Shown here: positions 39,808 through 49,280 of the stretch, in pieces | Numbering within the stretch: the first letter of the stretch is position 1 | Layout: every line of letters begins with the position of its first letter | Assembly: GCA_050949405.1 (NCBI GenBank) | Contig: JBMNFQ010000001.1 | Span: 168,166 to 232,165, forward strand | Length of the DNA stretch: 64,000 nt | Direction of reading: 5' to 3' | Origin: Limisphaerales bacterium | GTDB lineage: Bacteria; Verrucomicrobiota; Verrucomicrobiia; Limisphaerales; UBA1412 | Made by a program: the position numbers and the translations under genes | The notes under the pieces: model-generated | Told to the model about the DNA's origin: nothing | What the model saw: the letters and a program-made list of their open reading frames with translations, nothing else | Databases searched by the model: none

Positions 39808-41919
39808 ATGAGCGTTGGGATCAAAAATGCACTGTTCACGATTCTGGCCGTTATCGGGGTAGGTTTCCTGGCCGGCTGCACTCCTTCCGGCCCCAAAGCC
39901 CTCCTGCAGGGAGAGGAGCTCCTCAATAAAGGCCAGACGCGCGAAGCGGTCAAAAAAATGGAGCGCGCCGTCAAGTATATGCCCAATAACCCGCTGGCAT
40001 GGAACTATCTGGGCGTAGCTCTCCATACCGCCGGACGCCAGGATGAAGCCCTCCACGCTTACCAGAAGGCATCCGCCATCAATCCTCACATGGATACCCT
40101 CTACTACAACCTGGGCTGCCTCTACCTCGACCGCAAAAATTACCAGATCGCTATCCACTCTTTTTCCAACTACCTCAATCTGGAAAAAAACATGAACTTT
40201 GAACCGGCCTGGGAAAAAATCGGCTATGCTTTCCTCGCCGTCCAGCGCAGCGACCTGGCCGCACGCTCCTTCAGCAATGTCGTCATCCTGAACCCCCAGA
40301 ACGCCAAAGCCTATAATACGCTGGGCCTGATCGCCGCCACCGAAAAAAATACCCTCCTGGCGATGAAGCACTTCTCCAACAGCATATTGGCCGATGCCGC
40401 CTACGCTCCGCCTCATCTCAATACCGCTATCCTCCTCCAGAGAACCGGCGGCAATACAAACCTGGCTCTGGCCCTCAACCGCTACGAGCGCTACCTGGCT
40501 CTGGCCCCCAGAGCGTCGGACACCCAGAGAGTGGAAAACCAGGTATCTGCTTTGCACAAACTGCTCAGCGCGGAAACCGAGAATAGAACCGTACCGGAAC
40601 CGGCCGCCACTTCGCAAAAACCAACCGCAGTGGCCTCCCTCGATCAAAAACCGGAGCCAGATACCCAACTCCCTGCCACCAACCAGCTTGCACAGACTGA
40701 AAACGATGCCCCCGAAACCAAACTCTCCACCGAAAAAAATGGCGTCATCGTGACCAAACTCCAGCAAACCAGTTTACCAACACAACAACCCGCCATAAGA
40801 GAGACCACCGCTGAGCCCGAACCGGTTGTCGCTGCGACGGTGCCCAGTACGACCGGCACCAGCGAACCTCCTGAAGAAATTGACCTGGCAGCGCTCCGGA
40901 AAGAATCTCCCGAGCCGCTCATTAAAGACCTCACCCCACCCGAACCGGCTCCCCGGAGCAGCGAACCCGCGCTCCAACCGGAGAACATTCTCCCCAGAAA
41001 CGAAGAACCCAAACTGAGTCTGGAGCCCAGTTTGACAGCGGAACCGGAACCGGAGCCCGCACCGGTCCTCCAGCCGCCGGCCGAAAGAGTCCGTGTCGTC
41101 AAAGTCACCTCTACCCCAACAGCCTCCGATACCAGAGCCTCCGCCCAGGCTGCACCGGCGGATACCGATCCGGAGAGAGGCAACTTCTTTTCCAGAGTCT
41201 TCGGCAAAAGACGCTCAGCCGACCCCTCCGAAAGCGAGCATCCTGCACCCGTAGCGGCCTCCTCTGAACCGCCGGCCATCTCCGTTACTCCGGTCGATGT
41301 CCCTGCCGAGCCCCAAGTCGTCAATATCCCCCCCAGGGAGAGAACCGCTCCGGCTCCCGTCGCGCCAGTGCCCACACTCCGCGTCTACGAGCCCTACACC
41401 TACCAAAACCCGCCGGCCGCTGCGTCAGGCAACCGCGAAGAGGCTTACCCCCTCTTCCAGAGAGCCTTCCGCGCGCACCAGGAAAAAGATTTCCCCACCG
41501 CCATTGAGTATTACAGCAAAGCTATCCAGAAAGACCCCGCCTGGTTCGAAGCCCACTTCAACCTCGGTCTGGCCTGCTACGGCGCCGGCGAATACTCCTC
41601 CTCGCTCCTGGCCTTTGAGAATGCGCTGGCCCTCAAGCCCGATTCCTGGGAAACCCGCTACAACTTCGCGCTGGCCCTCAACAAGGCCGAGCACCCCAAC
41701 GAAGCGATCGTCGAACTCAAAAAAGTCACGCGCCTGAACGATTCCTACGCCAACGCCTGGCTTGAGATGGGTGTCATCTACCAGAACCGCTTCGCCGACA
41801 TCGAAAACGCCTACCGCTCCTACCAGAAGTTCGTCGCACTGGCCCCCAACCACCCCAGCGCCTACACCACCAAAATCTGGCTCGCCCAAAACGCCTCCAA
41901 AGTAAAAGCCCAGCCATAA
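39808..41919 (+). CDS. TPR-repeat lipoprotein with Pro/Glu-rich linker
   Basis: Lipobox LAGC; N- and C-terminal TPR arrays (AWNYLG, YYNLG, AHFNLG) separated by a low-complexity linker. Confidence 0.85.
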   Translation: MSVGIKNALFTILAVIGVGFLAGCTPSGPKALLQGEELLNKGQTREAVKKMERAVKYMPNNPLAWNYLGVALHTAGRQDEALHAYQKASAINPHMDTLYYNLGCLYLDRKNYQIAIHSFSNYLNLEKNMNFEPAWEKIGYAFLAVQRSDLAARSFSNVVILNPQNAKAYNTLGLIAATEKNTLLAMKHFSNSILADAAYAPPHLNTAILLQRTGGNTNLALALNRYERYLALAPRASDTQRVENQVSALHKLLSAETENRTVPEPAATSQKPTAVASLDQKPEPDTQLPATNQLAQTENDAPETKLSTEKNGVIVTKLQQTSLPTQQPAIRETTAEPEPVVAATVPSTTGTSEPPEEIDLAALRKESPEPLIKDLTPPEPAPRSSEPALQPENILPRNEEPKLSLEPSLTAEPEPEPAPVLQPPAERVRVVKVTSTPTASDTRASAQAAPADTDPERGNFFSRVFGKRRSADPSESEHPAPVAASSEPPAISVTPVDVPAEPQVVNIPPRERTAPAPVAPVPTLRVYEPYTYQNPPAAASGNREEAYPLFQRAFRAHQEKDFPTAIEYYSKAIQKDPAWFEAHFNLGLACYGAGEYSSSLLAFENALALKPDSWETRYNFALALNKAEHPNEAIVELKKVTRLNDSYANAWLEMGVIYQNRFADIENAYRSYQKFVALAPNHPSAYTTKIWLAQNASKVKAQP

Positions 41920-41982
41920 ACTTGGGGGGCCGCCCGGAGGCATAGCCGGCCTCAGTTGTCAGTTCCGGCTTCATTTTTCACT

Positions 41983-42024
41983 TTTCGCAAGGACTCCACC
42001 CGGTTTCCTTGCGAAATTCTTTTT
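41983..42024 (+). terminator. Intrinsic terminator after the TPR gene, upstream of the cas operon
   Basis: TTTCGCAAGGA...TCCTTGCGAAA hairpin followed by TTCTTTTT. Confidence 0.7.
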
Positions 42025-42237
42025 CACCTTTATCCCTACCGCTTTTCCGTATCCTTCTTCACGTCAGAATTTCTCAGGTAAAATTTATTTCAAAAAAATT
42101 TCACTTTTCCGGGGGGACCCCCGTAATTGTCCTACCCCCTTTGCTAAAATTACCCCTGTTAATGGGAAAATTTACCCCCAACTGAAAAAACAAATGGACA
42201 CAGAGCACTTTTTTATAAAGAATGGGAGAGGGATACT

Positions 42238-42483
42238 ATGAGGAATCAAGAACCACTGGCACACTTGGAAAAGGCGTGTAATAAAGAGCAAAGCATGGAG
42301 GATCACCTTCAGGGCGTCGCAGAACTTGCCAAAAAATTCGCTGAAGAGTTTGGGAATGGTGACTGGGCCGAACAGGCAGGCCTCTGGCACGACCTGGGAA
42401 AATATAACCCGAAATGGCAAGAGTATCTGAGGAATCAAACCGACAGTTACTATAACCAGCCCGAAAGCGAGGAAGAGGAATAG
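42238..42483 (+). CDS. cas3: Cas3 HD nuclease, N-terminal fragment (ends at in-frame TAG)
   Basis: LAH...QSMEDHLQGVA...AGLWHDLGK; same reading frame as 42487. Confidence 0.85.
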   Translation: MRNQEPLAHLEKACNKEQSMEDHLQGVAELAKKFAEEFGNGDWAEQAGLWHDLGKYNPKWQEYLRNQTDSYYNQPESEEEE

Positions 42484-42486
42484 AAT

Positions 42487-44526
42487 ATGGGTAAAATTGA
42501 TCATTCTACCGCCGGCGCTATCCATGCAGTCAAAAAATTGGATAAACGGGGACGCATTCTGGCTTATATCATCGCCGGCCACCATGCCGGACTTCCCGAT
42601 TGGTCTTACGATGATGCAAAAGGAGGCCCACTGCACGAACGGCTTGAGGATAAGAAAAGGAACCTTAATGCCGCCATGGATGGGGCTCCCCCTGAAAAGA
42701 TTCTGGCACCTCTGCTTTCCGGTTTGTCAACACCCTGTATTGCGGGTAAGGACTCTGTAGAGTTTATCCATTTATGGATAAGAATGCTCTTTTCCTGCCT
42801 TATAGATGCAGACCGCCTGGATACAGAAGCCTTCATGAGTCCTGAAAAATCAGAAGCACGGGGAGGCTACCCTGAAATCAGCGAGCTGGAAAAGCTCTAC
42901 GATGGCTACATGAAGAAAAAACAGGATGAAGCCCCAGGCAGCCCTGTAAACGAAAAGCGCAAAGAGATACTTGCTCAGTGCCTCGAAAAAGCTCAAGAAC
43001 CTCCAGGAATCTTTTCACTGACCGTCCCCACCGGCGGAGGAAAAACTCTGGCCTCAATGGGGTTTGCTCTAAAACATGCCATGAGATATGGCAAAAAACG
43101 GATCATTATTGTGATCCCCTATACCAGCATCATTGAGCAGACGGCTGAAGAGATGCGAAAGGTCTTTGGTGAAGAAACTGTACTGGAGCATCACAGCAAC
43201 TTGGACCCTGATAAGGAAACTACGACATCCAGTCTGGTCAGCGAAAACTGGGATGCTCCCATTATCGTCACAACCAATGTTCAATTCTTTGAATCCCTCT
43301 TCGCTTCAAGAGGCTCTGCCTGCCGTAAGATACACAACATCGTCAACTCCATTGTCATCCTTGATGAAGCCCAAACGTTGCCTACCGATTTTCTGCAACC
43401 CATCGTCTCCGTGATGAAGGGCCTTTGCAATCACTTCAAAACCACTTTTGTTCTCTGTACAGCAACGCAGCCTGTTCTAAATAAAAACATTAAATCCGGA
43501 ATGGCTATTCTCAACGGGTTTGAAAAAGTGACGGAAATCATGGAGGATCCAAAAGCTTTGTATCACAGCTTTCAGCGTGTGGAGGTTTCCCAACATCAAA
43601 AAAATATCGAGCAGGAATCCTCCCTGGAAGAGATTGCCGAAGAAATCGTGGAACATCAGCAAGTGCTTTGCATTGTTAGCACCCGAAAGCGTTGCCGGGA
43701 ATTGTTTGATCTGGTTCGGAACAGGTCAACCGACGCAGTGGAGGTGCTACACCTCTCAGCCCTGATGTGTCCCATGCACCGCAGCGACGTTATCGCACAA
43801 ATCAAAGAAAAACTCCTGCTGGGAGAGCCGATTCGCGTCATTAGCACTCAGGTAGTAGAAGCCGGTGTGGATATCGATTTCCCCGTCGTCTATCGTGAAT
43901 TGGCCGGTCTGGACTCCATCGCTCAGGCAGCCGGCAGATGCAACCGTGAAGGCAAACTAACCGAAGGGGGCAAAGTGGTTATTTTCAATGCCGGCAGTAC
44001 TTTACGAGGGCAGTTTGCCAAAGCAAGACAAGCCTGCGAAGAGACACTCCGGCATATCCAACCCGGAAAAGAACTCGCTCCCGAGAATTTTGAAAAATAT
44101 TTCACCCATTTTTTTCATAGACTCAATAGCTTTGACCAAAAGCAGATCATGACTTTGCTGACGAATGATGCCGCTGAGTGCAAAATTCAATTTCGTACAG
44201 CAGCGATGCGCTTTAAACTGATTGATGACAGCCACCAGCACGCCATCATCGTCCGATATAAAGGGAAACGCGGCAAACAGCTCGATAGCAATGAGCTTTT
44301 GAAAAAATTAAAAAATGAGGCTGATACGATGTGTAGTAAAGAAAAAAGAAAAACACTAAGAAGATTACAACGATTCTCAGTTACCCTCTATGACAAAGAA
44401 TTTGAGAACCTTAAAAACCAGGGAGCACTCGAAGAAGTATCCGGTATCTGGGCTCAGTTTAAAGAAGAAATTTATACTTCTGAGTGCGGGTTGGATGCCA
44501 AAATTTTTTTAGATCAGATTTACTGA
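42487..44526 (+). CDS. cas3: Cas3 remainder: C-terminal half of HD domain + SF2 helicase
   Basis: DHSTAGA, GHHAGL, LIDADRLDT, PTGGGKT, DEAQ, TAT, STQVVEAGVDIDF and QAAGRCNREG motifs. Confidence 0.92.
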   Translation: MGKIDHSTAGAIHAVKKLDKRGRILAYIIAGHHAGLPDWSYDDAKGGPLHERLEDKKRNLNAAMDGAPPEKILAPLLSGLSTPCIAGKDSVEFIHLWIRMLFSCLIDADRLDTEAFMSPEKSEARGGYPEISELEKLYDGYMKKKQDEAPGSPVNEKRKEILAQCLEKAQEPPGIFSLTVPTGGGKTLASMGFALKHAMRYGKKRIIIVIPYTSIIEQTAEEMRKVFGEETVLEHHSNLDPDKETTTSSLVSENWDAPIIVTTNVQFFESLFASRGSACRKIHNIVNSIVILDEAQTLPTDFLQPIVSVMKGLCNHFKTTFVLCTATQPVLNKNIKSGMAILNGFEKVTEIMEDPKALYHSFQRVEVSQHQKNIEQESSLEEIAEEIVEHQQVLCIVSTRKRCRELFDLVRNRSTDAVEVLHLSALMCPMHRSDVIAQIKEKLLLGEPIRVISTQVVEAGVDIDFPVVYRELAGLDSIAQAAGRCNREGKLTEGGKVVIFNAGSTLRGQFAKARQACEETLRHIQPGKELAPENFEKYFTHFFHRLNSFDQKQIMTLLTNDAAECKIQFRTAAMRFKLIDDSHQHAIIVRYKGKRGKQLDSNELLKKLKNEADTMCSKEKRKTLRRLQRFSVTLYDKEFENLKNQGALEEVSGIWAQFKEEIYTSECGLDAKIFLDQIY

Positions 44527-44539
44527 TGAAAGGATAGGA

Positions 44540-45265
44540 ATGGAAAACAACTATACAAACAAAGAATTCTGTCTGGAGGTCACGGGCGATTACGCCTGTT
44601 TCACCCGGCCGGAAATGAAGGTAGAGCGGGTCAGCTACGACGTAATCACGCCCTCAGCCCTCCGCTCCATCTTCGAAGCCATTCTTTGGAAACCGGCCAT
44701 CCGGTATATTCCAACGAAAATCGAAATTCTGAATCCCATTAAATGGGTTTCGGTGAGAAGAAACGAATTGTCCAGTATCGCCAGCACAAGAATCGGTTCA
44801 CGCGAAAAAGGTGTTTTTATTGAAGAGGATCGCCAGCAACGAGCCGGACTCTTTCTGAGAGATGTCGCCTACCGCCTCTATGCGGAGCTCGTGTTTATTC
44901 CTCCGGATAAACGCATGAAAGTGAAAAATCCCTTACCTGATTTCCTGGCGGATGAATTTGAAAAAAAGGAATTTTGGCCAAGGGATGAAAACCCGGGGAA
45001 ATACAATGCCATGTTTGAACGACGTGCCAGCAAGGGCCAATGCTTTAACCAGCCTTACTTGGGATGCCGCGAGTTCAGTTGCAGCTTCCGCTTCATTGAA
45101 GATCCGTCGAAAGAAACCAAAAAACCGATCAAGGAAACGAGAGACCTCAGCATTATGCTTTACGATAGGGATTACAACTCCAATAACCCGATGTTCTTCC
45201 GCGCCAAAATGGAAAGCGGTGTCATCACGATTCCGGAACCCGAAAGCGAGGAGGTTTTAAGATGA
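44540..45265 (+). CDS. cas5: Type I-C Cas5 (Cas5c/Cas5d)
   Basis: ACFTRPEMKVERVSYDVITPSA, WKP and QPYLGCREF motifs. Confidence 0.97.
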   Translation: MENNYTNKEFCLEVTGDYACFTRPEMKVERVSYDVITPSALRSIFEAILWKPAIRYIPTKIEILNPIKWVSVRRNELSSIASTRIGSREKGVFIEEDRQQRAGLFLRDVAYRLYAELVFIPPDKRMKVKNPLPDFLADEFEKKEFWPRDENPGKYNAMFERRASKGQCFNQPYLGCREFSCSFRFIEDPSKETKKPIKETRDLSIMLYDRDYNSNNPMFFRAKMESGVITIPEPESEEVLR

Positions 45266-47436
45266 TACTTCAGGAACTTTGTAAGTACTATGAACGGATT
45301 CCGAATGTGCCGCCTCCTGGTGCGACTTGGAGAAAGATACCATTTCTTGTTGTGATCAATAAAGAGGGTGAGTTTGTTGATATAGAAAGCACCTGGGACG
45401 ACAGTGGTAAAGCAAAAGATTTTTTAGTTCCCGTAGCTTCTTTACGAACAAGTGGAACAAAGCCTAATCTTCTCTGGGATAAACCGGATTATGTCTTTGG
45501 TGTCGGACCAAAAAATAAAGAAAAGAGAAATAAAGAAAGGAATGATTCTTTTATAAATCTTATCGAAATTTTTTTTAACGAAGAAGATGTAGCAGAAAAG
45601 GTTAAGCCTTTAATTAATTTTTTAAAAAATTCACCTACTGAAAAAATAGAAAAAAAGGCTTCAATCAATAAAGAGATTAAAAATAAATGGATTGAAATTA
45701 AAAATGGTTCTGAAATATGTTTTAGAATAATAGAATATTCAGATGATTTGTGTTCTGTTTTGAAAGTTTTTTGGCTAAAACATTGGTTAACATATTGGTT
45801 AGGTAATGAAACTACTTCCTCTTTAAAGGAAGCTGAGAAACAAATTTGCCTCATCACTGGAATTAAAAATAATATTGTAAGGATACATCCTGGAATTAAA
45901 GGCATAGGAGGTAATCAACCCAAAATAATTTCTTTTGATAAAAACACTCCCTCTTATAATTCTTATCAAAAAGAAGAGGGTAGCAATGCACCTGTTTCAG
46001 AAGAAGCTGTTTTCAAGTATGTGACTGCATTGAATACGTTGACAGAAGAAGGATCAATTAATACAACTCGACTCGAAGATACTAGGTTAGTGTTTTGGTC
46101 GGATGAAAAAACCGTTTTTGAAAGTAGTTTTTCTGCGTTGTTCGGCAACAATTCTACAGAAAAAGAAGATTTTTCAAAAATATTTAATTTTGAAACTAAG
46201 AACAATCCAAATAAAAACATAAGAGCGATAAAGAATCTTTATTCTAGCATTTACGCAGGAAGATTGTTGAAAGAAGAAACAAGTAATAATTTCTATATTT
46301 TAGGTCTTTCCGCTCCAACTAAAGGAAGAGCGTGTATAAGACTATGGAAAACAGGAAAAGTTTCAGAGTTTTCAAGACATATTAAACAATATTTTGATGA
46401 TATAAAAATTATTGGATATGAAAATATTAATGGTTATTTTCAGTTATATAAAATTTTAAATGAATTGTTTATAAAAACAGGAAATAAAGATAAAACATTA
46501 AAGGATAAAAAAGATAAGATACCTTCTAAAATTTCAAGAGATATTATTAATTCTTCTATTACTGAAGATATGTTTCCAATCGTTATGTTGCAAAGAGCAA
46601 TACAACGTATTCGAGCTGTCCAGGATGTCTCAGTAATTCGAGCAGGAGTTTTAAAAGCATATCTAAACAGATATGTAAGAATTCAGAAAAATCCTGAAAA
46701 ATTATTGAATATAGCATTAGATGAAGAAAATACAAATGCGGCCTATTGTTTTGGAAGGATTTTTGCAGTTTTGGGCAAGGTACAAGAATATATTAACCCT
46801 AAATTAGATGCTCCTATTCGAAACCGATTTTACGGAGGGGCCTCTATAACGCCCGTGAGAGTATTTCCTCACCTGATGAAACTGGCAACACATCATCTTT
46901 CGAAGCTTAGGAAAAAAAATCGAGGTTTGATGACTCTCAGAGAAAAACTATTGGATATTATTTTTCAAAAGTTTACTGCTTTAAATGAAAGGGCAAAACC
47001 ACTCACTTTGGATGATCAGGCACGCTTTGCTATTGGTTATTATCATCAGGTGCAGAGCTTTTATTATGATGATTATCTTGAAGAACAGGAGAAAAACATG
47101 GCACTAAATAAAGAAGAAAAAAATATTGGTTATCTTTTAGGACGTCTTTTTGGCATTCTCGAAGAAATACAGAAAGAGGCCAGTGGCGATCTCAATGCTA
47201 CAATTAAGGATCGCTTTTTTAGCGCAGCTATGGAAACACCAAAACGTATATTCCCAGAGCTGAGAAAACTATCTGAACACCATCTTAAAAAAATAAAAAC
47301 TTATAAAAAAGATGGTTTTAATAAAACGATAGATAATATTATTAATAATATTTCTATAGAAAATGTTCCTTCGACTCTATCTATTGAGGATCAATGGAAT
47401 TTCATCGTTGGTTATCATCACCAACGTAAAAACTAG
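45262..47436 (+). CDS. cas8c: Type I-C Cas8c (Csd1) with duplicated C-terminal Cas11-like domain
   Basis: MILQELCKYY, RTSG.KPNLLWD, CLITG, FYILGLSAP, and two copies of the Y..GR.F..L...Q...RF......P...FP.L.KL..HHL.K...Q..F..GY.HQ module. Confidence 0.92.
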   Translation: MILQELCKYYERIPNVPPPGATWRKIPFLVVINKEGEFVDIESTWDDSGKAKDFLVPVASLRTSGTKPNLLWDKPDYVFGVGPKNKEKRNKERNDSFINLIEIFFNEEDVAEKVKPLINFLKNSPTEKIEKKASINKEIKNKWIEIKNGSEICFRIIEYSDDLCSVLKVFWLKHWLTYWLGNETTSSLKEAEKQICLITGIKNNIVRIHPGIKGIGGNQPKIISFDKNTPSYNSYQKEEGSNAPVSEEAVFKYVTALNTLTEEGSINTTRLEDTRLVFWSDEKTVFESSFSALFGNNSTEKEDFSKIFNFETKNNPNKNIRAIKNLYSSIYAGRLLKEETSNNFYILGLSAPTKGRACIRLWKTGKVSEFSRHIKQYFDDIKIIGYENINGYFQLYKILNELFIKTGNKDKTLKDKKDKIPSKISRDIINSSITEDMFPIVMLQRAIQRIRAVQDVSVIRAGVLKAYLNRYVRIQKNPEKLLNIALDEENTNAAYCFGRIFAVLGKVQEYINPKLDAPIRNRFYGGASITPVRVFPHLMKLATHHLSKLRKKNRGLMTLREKLLDIIFQKFTALNERAKPLTLDDQARFAIGYYHQVQSFYYDDYLEEQEKNMALNKEEKNIGYLLGRLFGILEEIQKEASGDLNATIKDRFFSAAMETPKRIFPELRKLSEHHLKKIKTYKKDGFNKTIDNIINNISIENVPSTLSIEDQWNFIVGYHHQRKN
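47098..47436 (+). CDS. cas11: Internally translated Cas11c small subunit (112 aa)
   Basis: In-frame ATG (MALNKEE) preceded by AGGAG at 47087-47091. Internal Cas11 translation from cas8c is established for type I-C. Confidence 0.75.
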   Translation: MALNKEEKNIGYLLGRLFGILEEIQKEASGDLNATIKDRFFSAAMETPKRIFPELRKLSEHHLKKIKTYKKDGFNKTIDNIINNISIENVPSTLSIEDQWNFIVGYHHQRKN

Positions 47437-47475
47437 CTTACACAAACAGTATATGTAATTTAAAATAAATTAATT

Positions 47476-48513
47476 ATGAATGAAAATAATACAATAAAAA
47501 ACCGTTATGAATTTGTCCTTCTATTCGATGCGACAAATTGCAACCCCAATGGTGATCCGGATGCGGGCAATATGCCTCGTATTGATTCTGAAACACACCG
47601 TGGTCTAGTGACTGACGTCTGTATAAAACGAAAGATAAGAAATCGAATACAGATTCGAACTGTTAATAACAATGATTTAAATAAAAATAATTATGATATA
47701 TTTATAAAAGAAAAAGCCGTATTAAATAACTTAATCAAAGAAGCATATGACTCTCTTGAAACTAAATCTGAGAAAAAAATAGTGACACCATCTGATGCTC
47801 AAAAATTCATGTGCGAAAAGTACTATGATGTAAGAACATTTGGAGCTGTTATGAGTACTGGTGGGAAAGAAGATTCAAAAAACGATTCTGAATCTGAAAA
47901 TGATGAGATAAAAATTGATAATACTAAAAAGAAAGGCGAAAAAACTGATAAGAGTAAAAAATCAAAAAATGCCGGGCAGGTAAAAGGACCAATTCAATTA
48001 TCATTCGCTACCTCTATTAGCCCTATTTTCGAGCATCCACATTGCTTAACAAGGTGTGCTGTTACGAAAGAAGCTGATATTGATAAGGAACAAACCATGG
48101 GACGAAAATACACAATTCCTTATGGCCTCTACCGCGCGCATGGATATATTTCCGCTTTTCGGGCTCATAAGACCGGTTTTTCAAAAAAAGACCTGCAAAT
48201 ATTTTGGGAAGCTCTCCTTAACATGTTTGAAGAAGATCCCTCCTCTTCCCATTCCGGAATGACAGTCTGCGCCCTCTATGTGTTTAAACATTCCTCTCAA
48301 CTGGGAAATATGTATGCAGCTGATGTGTTCGATAGCGTAGAAATAACTGAAACTGAAAATAAACCTCCGCGTTCTTTTAGAGACTATAAGGTGACCCTAA
48401 AAACCGAGAAACTTGGAGATAAAGTCACTTTCCTTCGCTACCGTGATCGCTGGAATCCCGAGTTAGAAGATGGAGTTGAAGACCCGACGATAGCTGAAGA
48501 ATCGAAAGGCTAA
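47476..48513 (+). CDS. cas7: Type I-C Cas7 (Csd2)
   Basis: NRYEFV, NPNGDPDAGNMPRID, TDVCIKRKIR, DVRTFGAV, TMGRK and YGLY motifs. Confidence 0.97.
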   Translation: MNENNTIKNRYEFVLLFDATNCNPNGDPDAGNMPRIDSETHRGLVTDVCIKRKIRNRIQIRTVNNNDLNKNNYDIFIKEKAVLNNLIKEAYDSLETKSEKKIVTPSDAQKFMCEKYYDVRTFGAVMSTGGKEDSKNDSESENDEIKIDNTKKKGEKTDKSKKSKNAGQVKGPIQLSFATSISPIFEHPHCLTRCAVTKEADIDKEQTMGRKYTIPYGLYRAHGYISAFRAHKTGFSKKDLQIFWEALLNMFEEDPSSSHSGMTVCALYVFKHSSQLGNMYAADVFDSVEITETENKPPRSFRDYKVTLKTEKLGDKVTFLRYRDRWNPELEDGVEDPTIAEESKG

Positions 48514-48539
48514 CCAAATAATCAGCAATGAACTGATAA

Positions 48540-49265
48540 GTGATCAACCCCAAATATGCGGAGTCGGACTATATCATGATCTCCGCTTTGCAGCACGTTG
48601 CTGTTTGTCCGAGGCAATGTGCGCTCATTCACAGCGAGCAACTCTGGGAAGATAACCGCTGGAGTGCCGAAGGCGAACTCCTCCACCAGCGCGTGGATAA
48701 AGGAGGAGAAGAAAAACGTGGCGAGCTCATCACCGCGCGCTCCGTCCGCCTAAGCCATCCCGAGCTGGGGATTACAGGAATCGCTGATATGGTGGAGTTC
48801 CGTAAATGGAACCCACAAAGCAAAGACTCCCCGCCACAGCAGGAGACTCTGCTAACCACAACCGAGCTCCCACACCGCCGGGGCCGCTGGATACCCTGCC
48901 CCGTCGAATACAAGCGGGGCAAAAGTAAACTCGAAGACTGGGACCGAGTACAACTTTGCGCTCAGACGCTCTGTCTGGAGTCAATGTACAAAATACGAAT
49001 TGACCGTGCAGCGCTTTGGTATGATTCAACCAAAAGCCGTGAATGGGTCACCCTTGATGAGTCCCTCAGAGAGAAGACGCTCTCCCTGATTGCCCAGGCC
49101 CACGAGCTGCTCCGCTCCGGCATAACCCCTCCACCGGTGTATGACCGGCGACGCTGCTCCGCCTGCTCCCTCTACGAAGTCTGCCGGCCGCGCGATTACA
49201 ACCCTCAGCGCCTGGAGCGCTACCATCAGAGCCTCTTCACTATCCAGGAACCCGAAGAGCCATAA
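48540..49265 (+). CDS. cas4: CRISPR-associated exonuclease Cas4
   Basis: ISALQH...CPRQ, GIADMVE, PVEYKRG, QLCAQ and C..CSL...C motifs. Confidence 0.95.
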   Translation: MINPKYAESDYIMISALQHVAVCPRQCALIHSEQLWEDNRWSAEGELLHQRVDKGGEEKRGELITARSVRLSHPELGITGIADMVEFRKWNPQSKDSPPQQETLLTTTELPHRRGRWIPCPVEYKRGKSKLEDWDRVQLCAQTLCLESMYKIRIDRAALWYDSTKSREWVTLDESLREKTLSLIAQAHELLRSGITPPPVYDRRRCSACSLYEVCRPRDYNPQRLERYHQSLFTIQEPEEP

Positions 49266-49280
49266 CAAAAACAGAACAAA

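Noticed and set aside
40560-41400. Pro/Glu/Ala-rich repetitive region in the TPR gene
   Set aside because: Ordinary low-complexity linker with no exact DNA tandem repeat.
42481-42483. Pyrrolysine or genome-wide TAG recoding as the explanation of the cas3 stop
   Set aside because: TAG is used as a normal stop in this window (for example rpmG, HPr, cas8c) and no pyl genes are present here.
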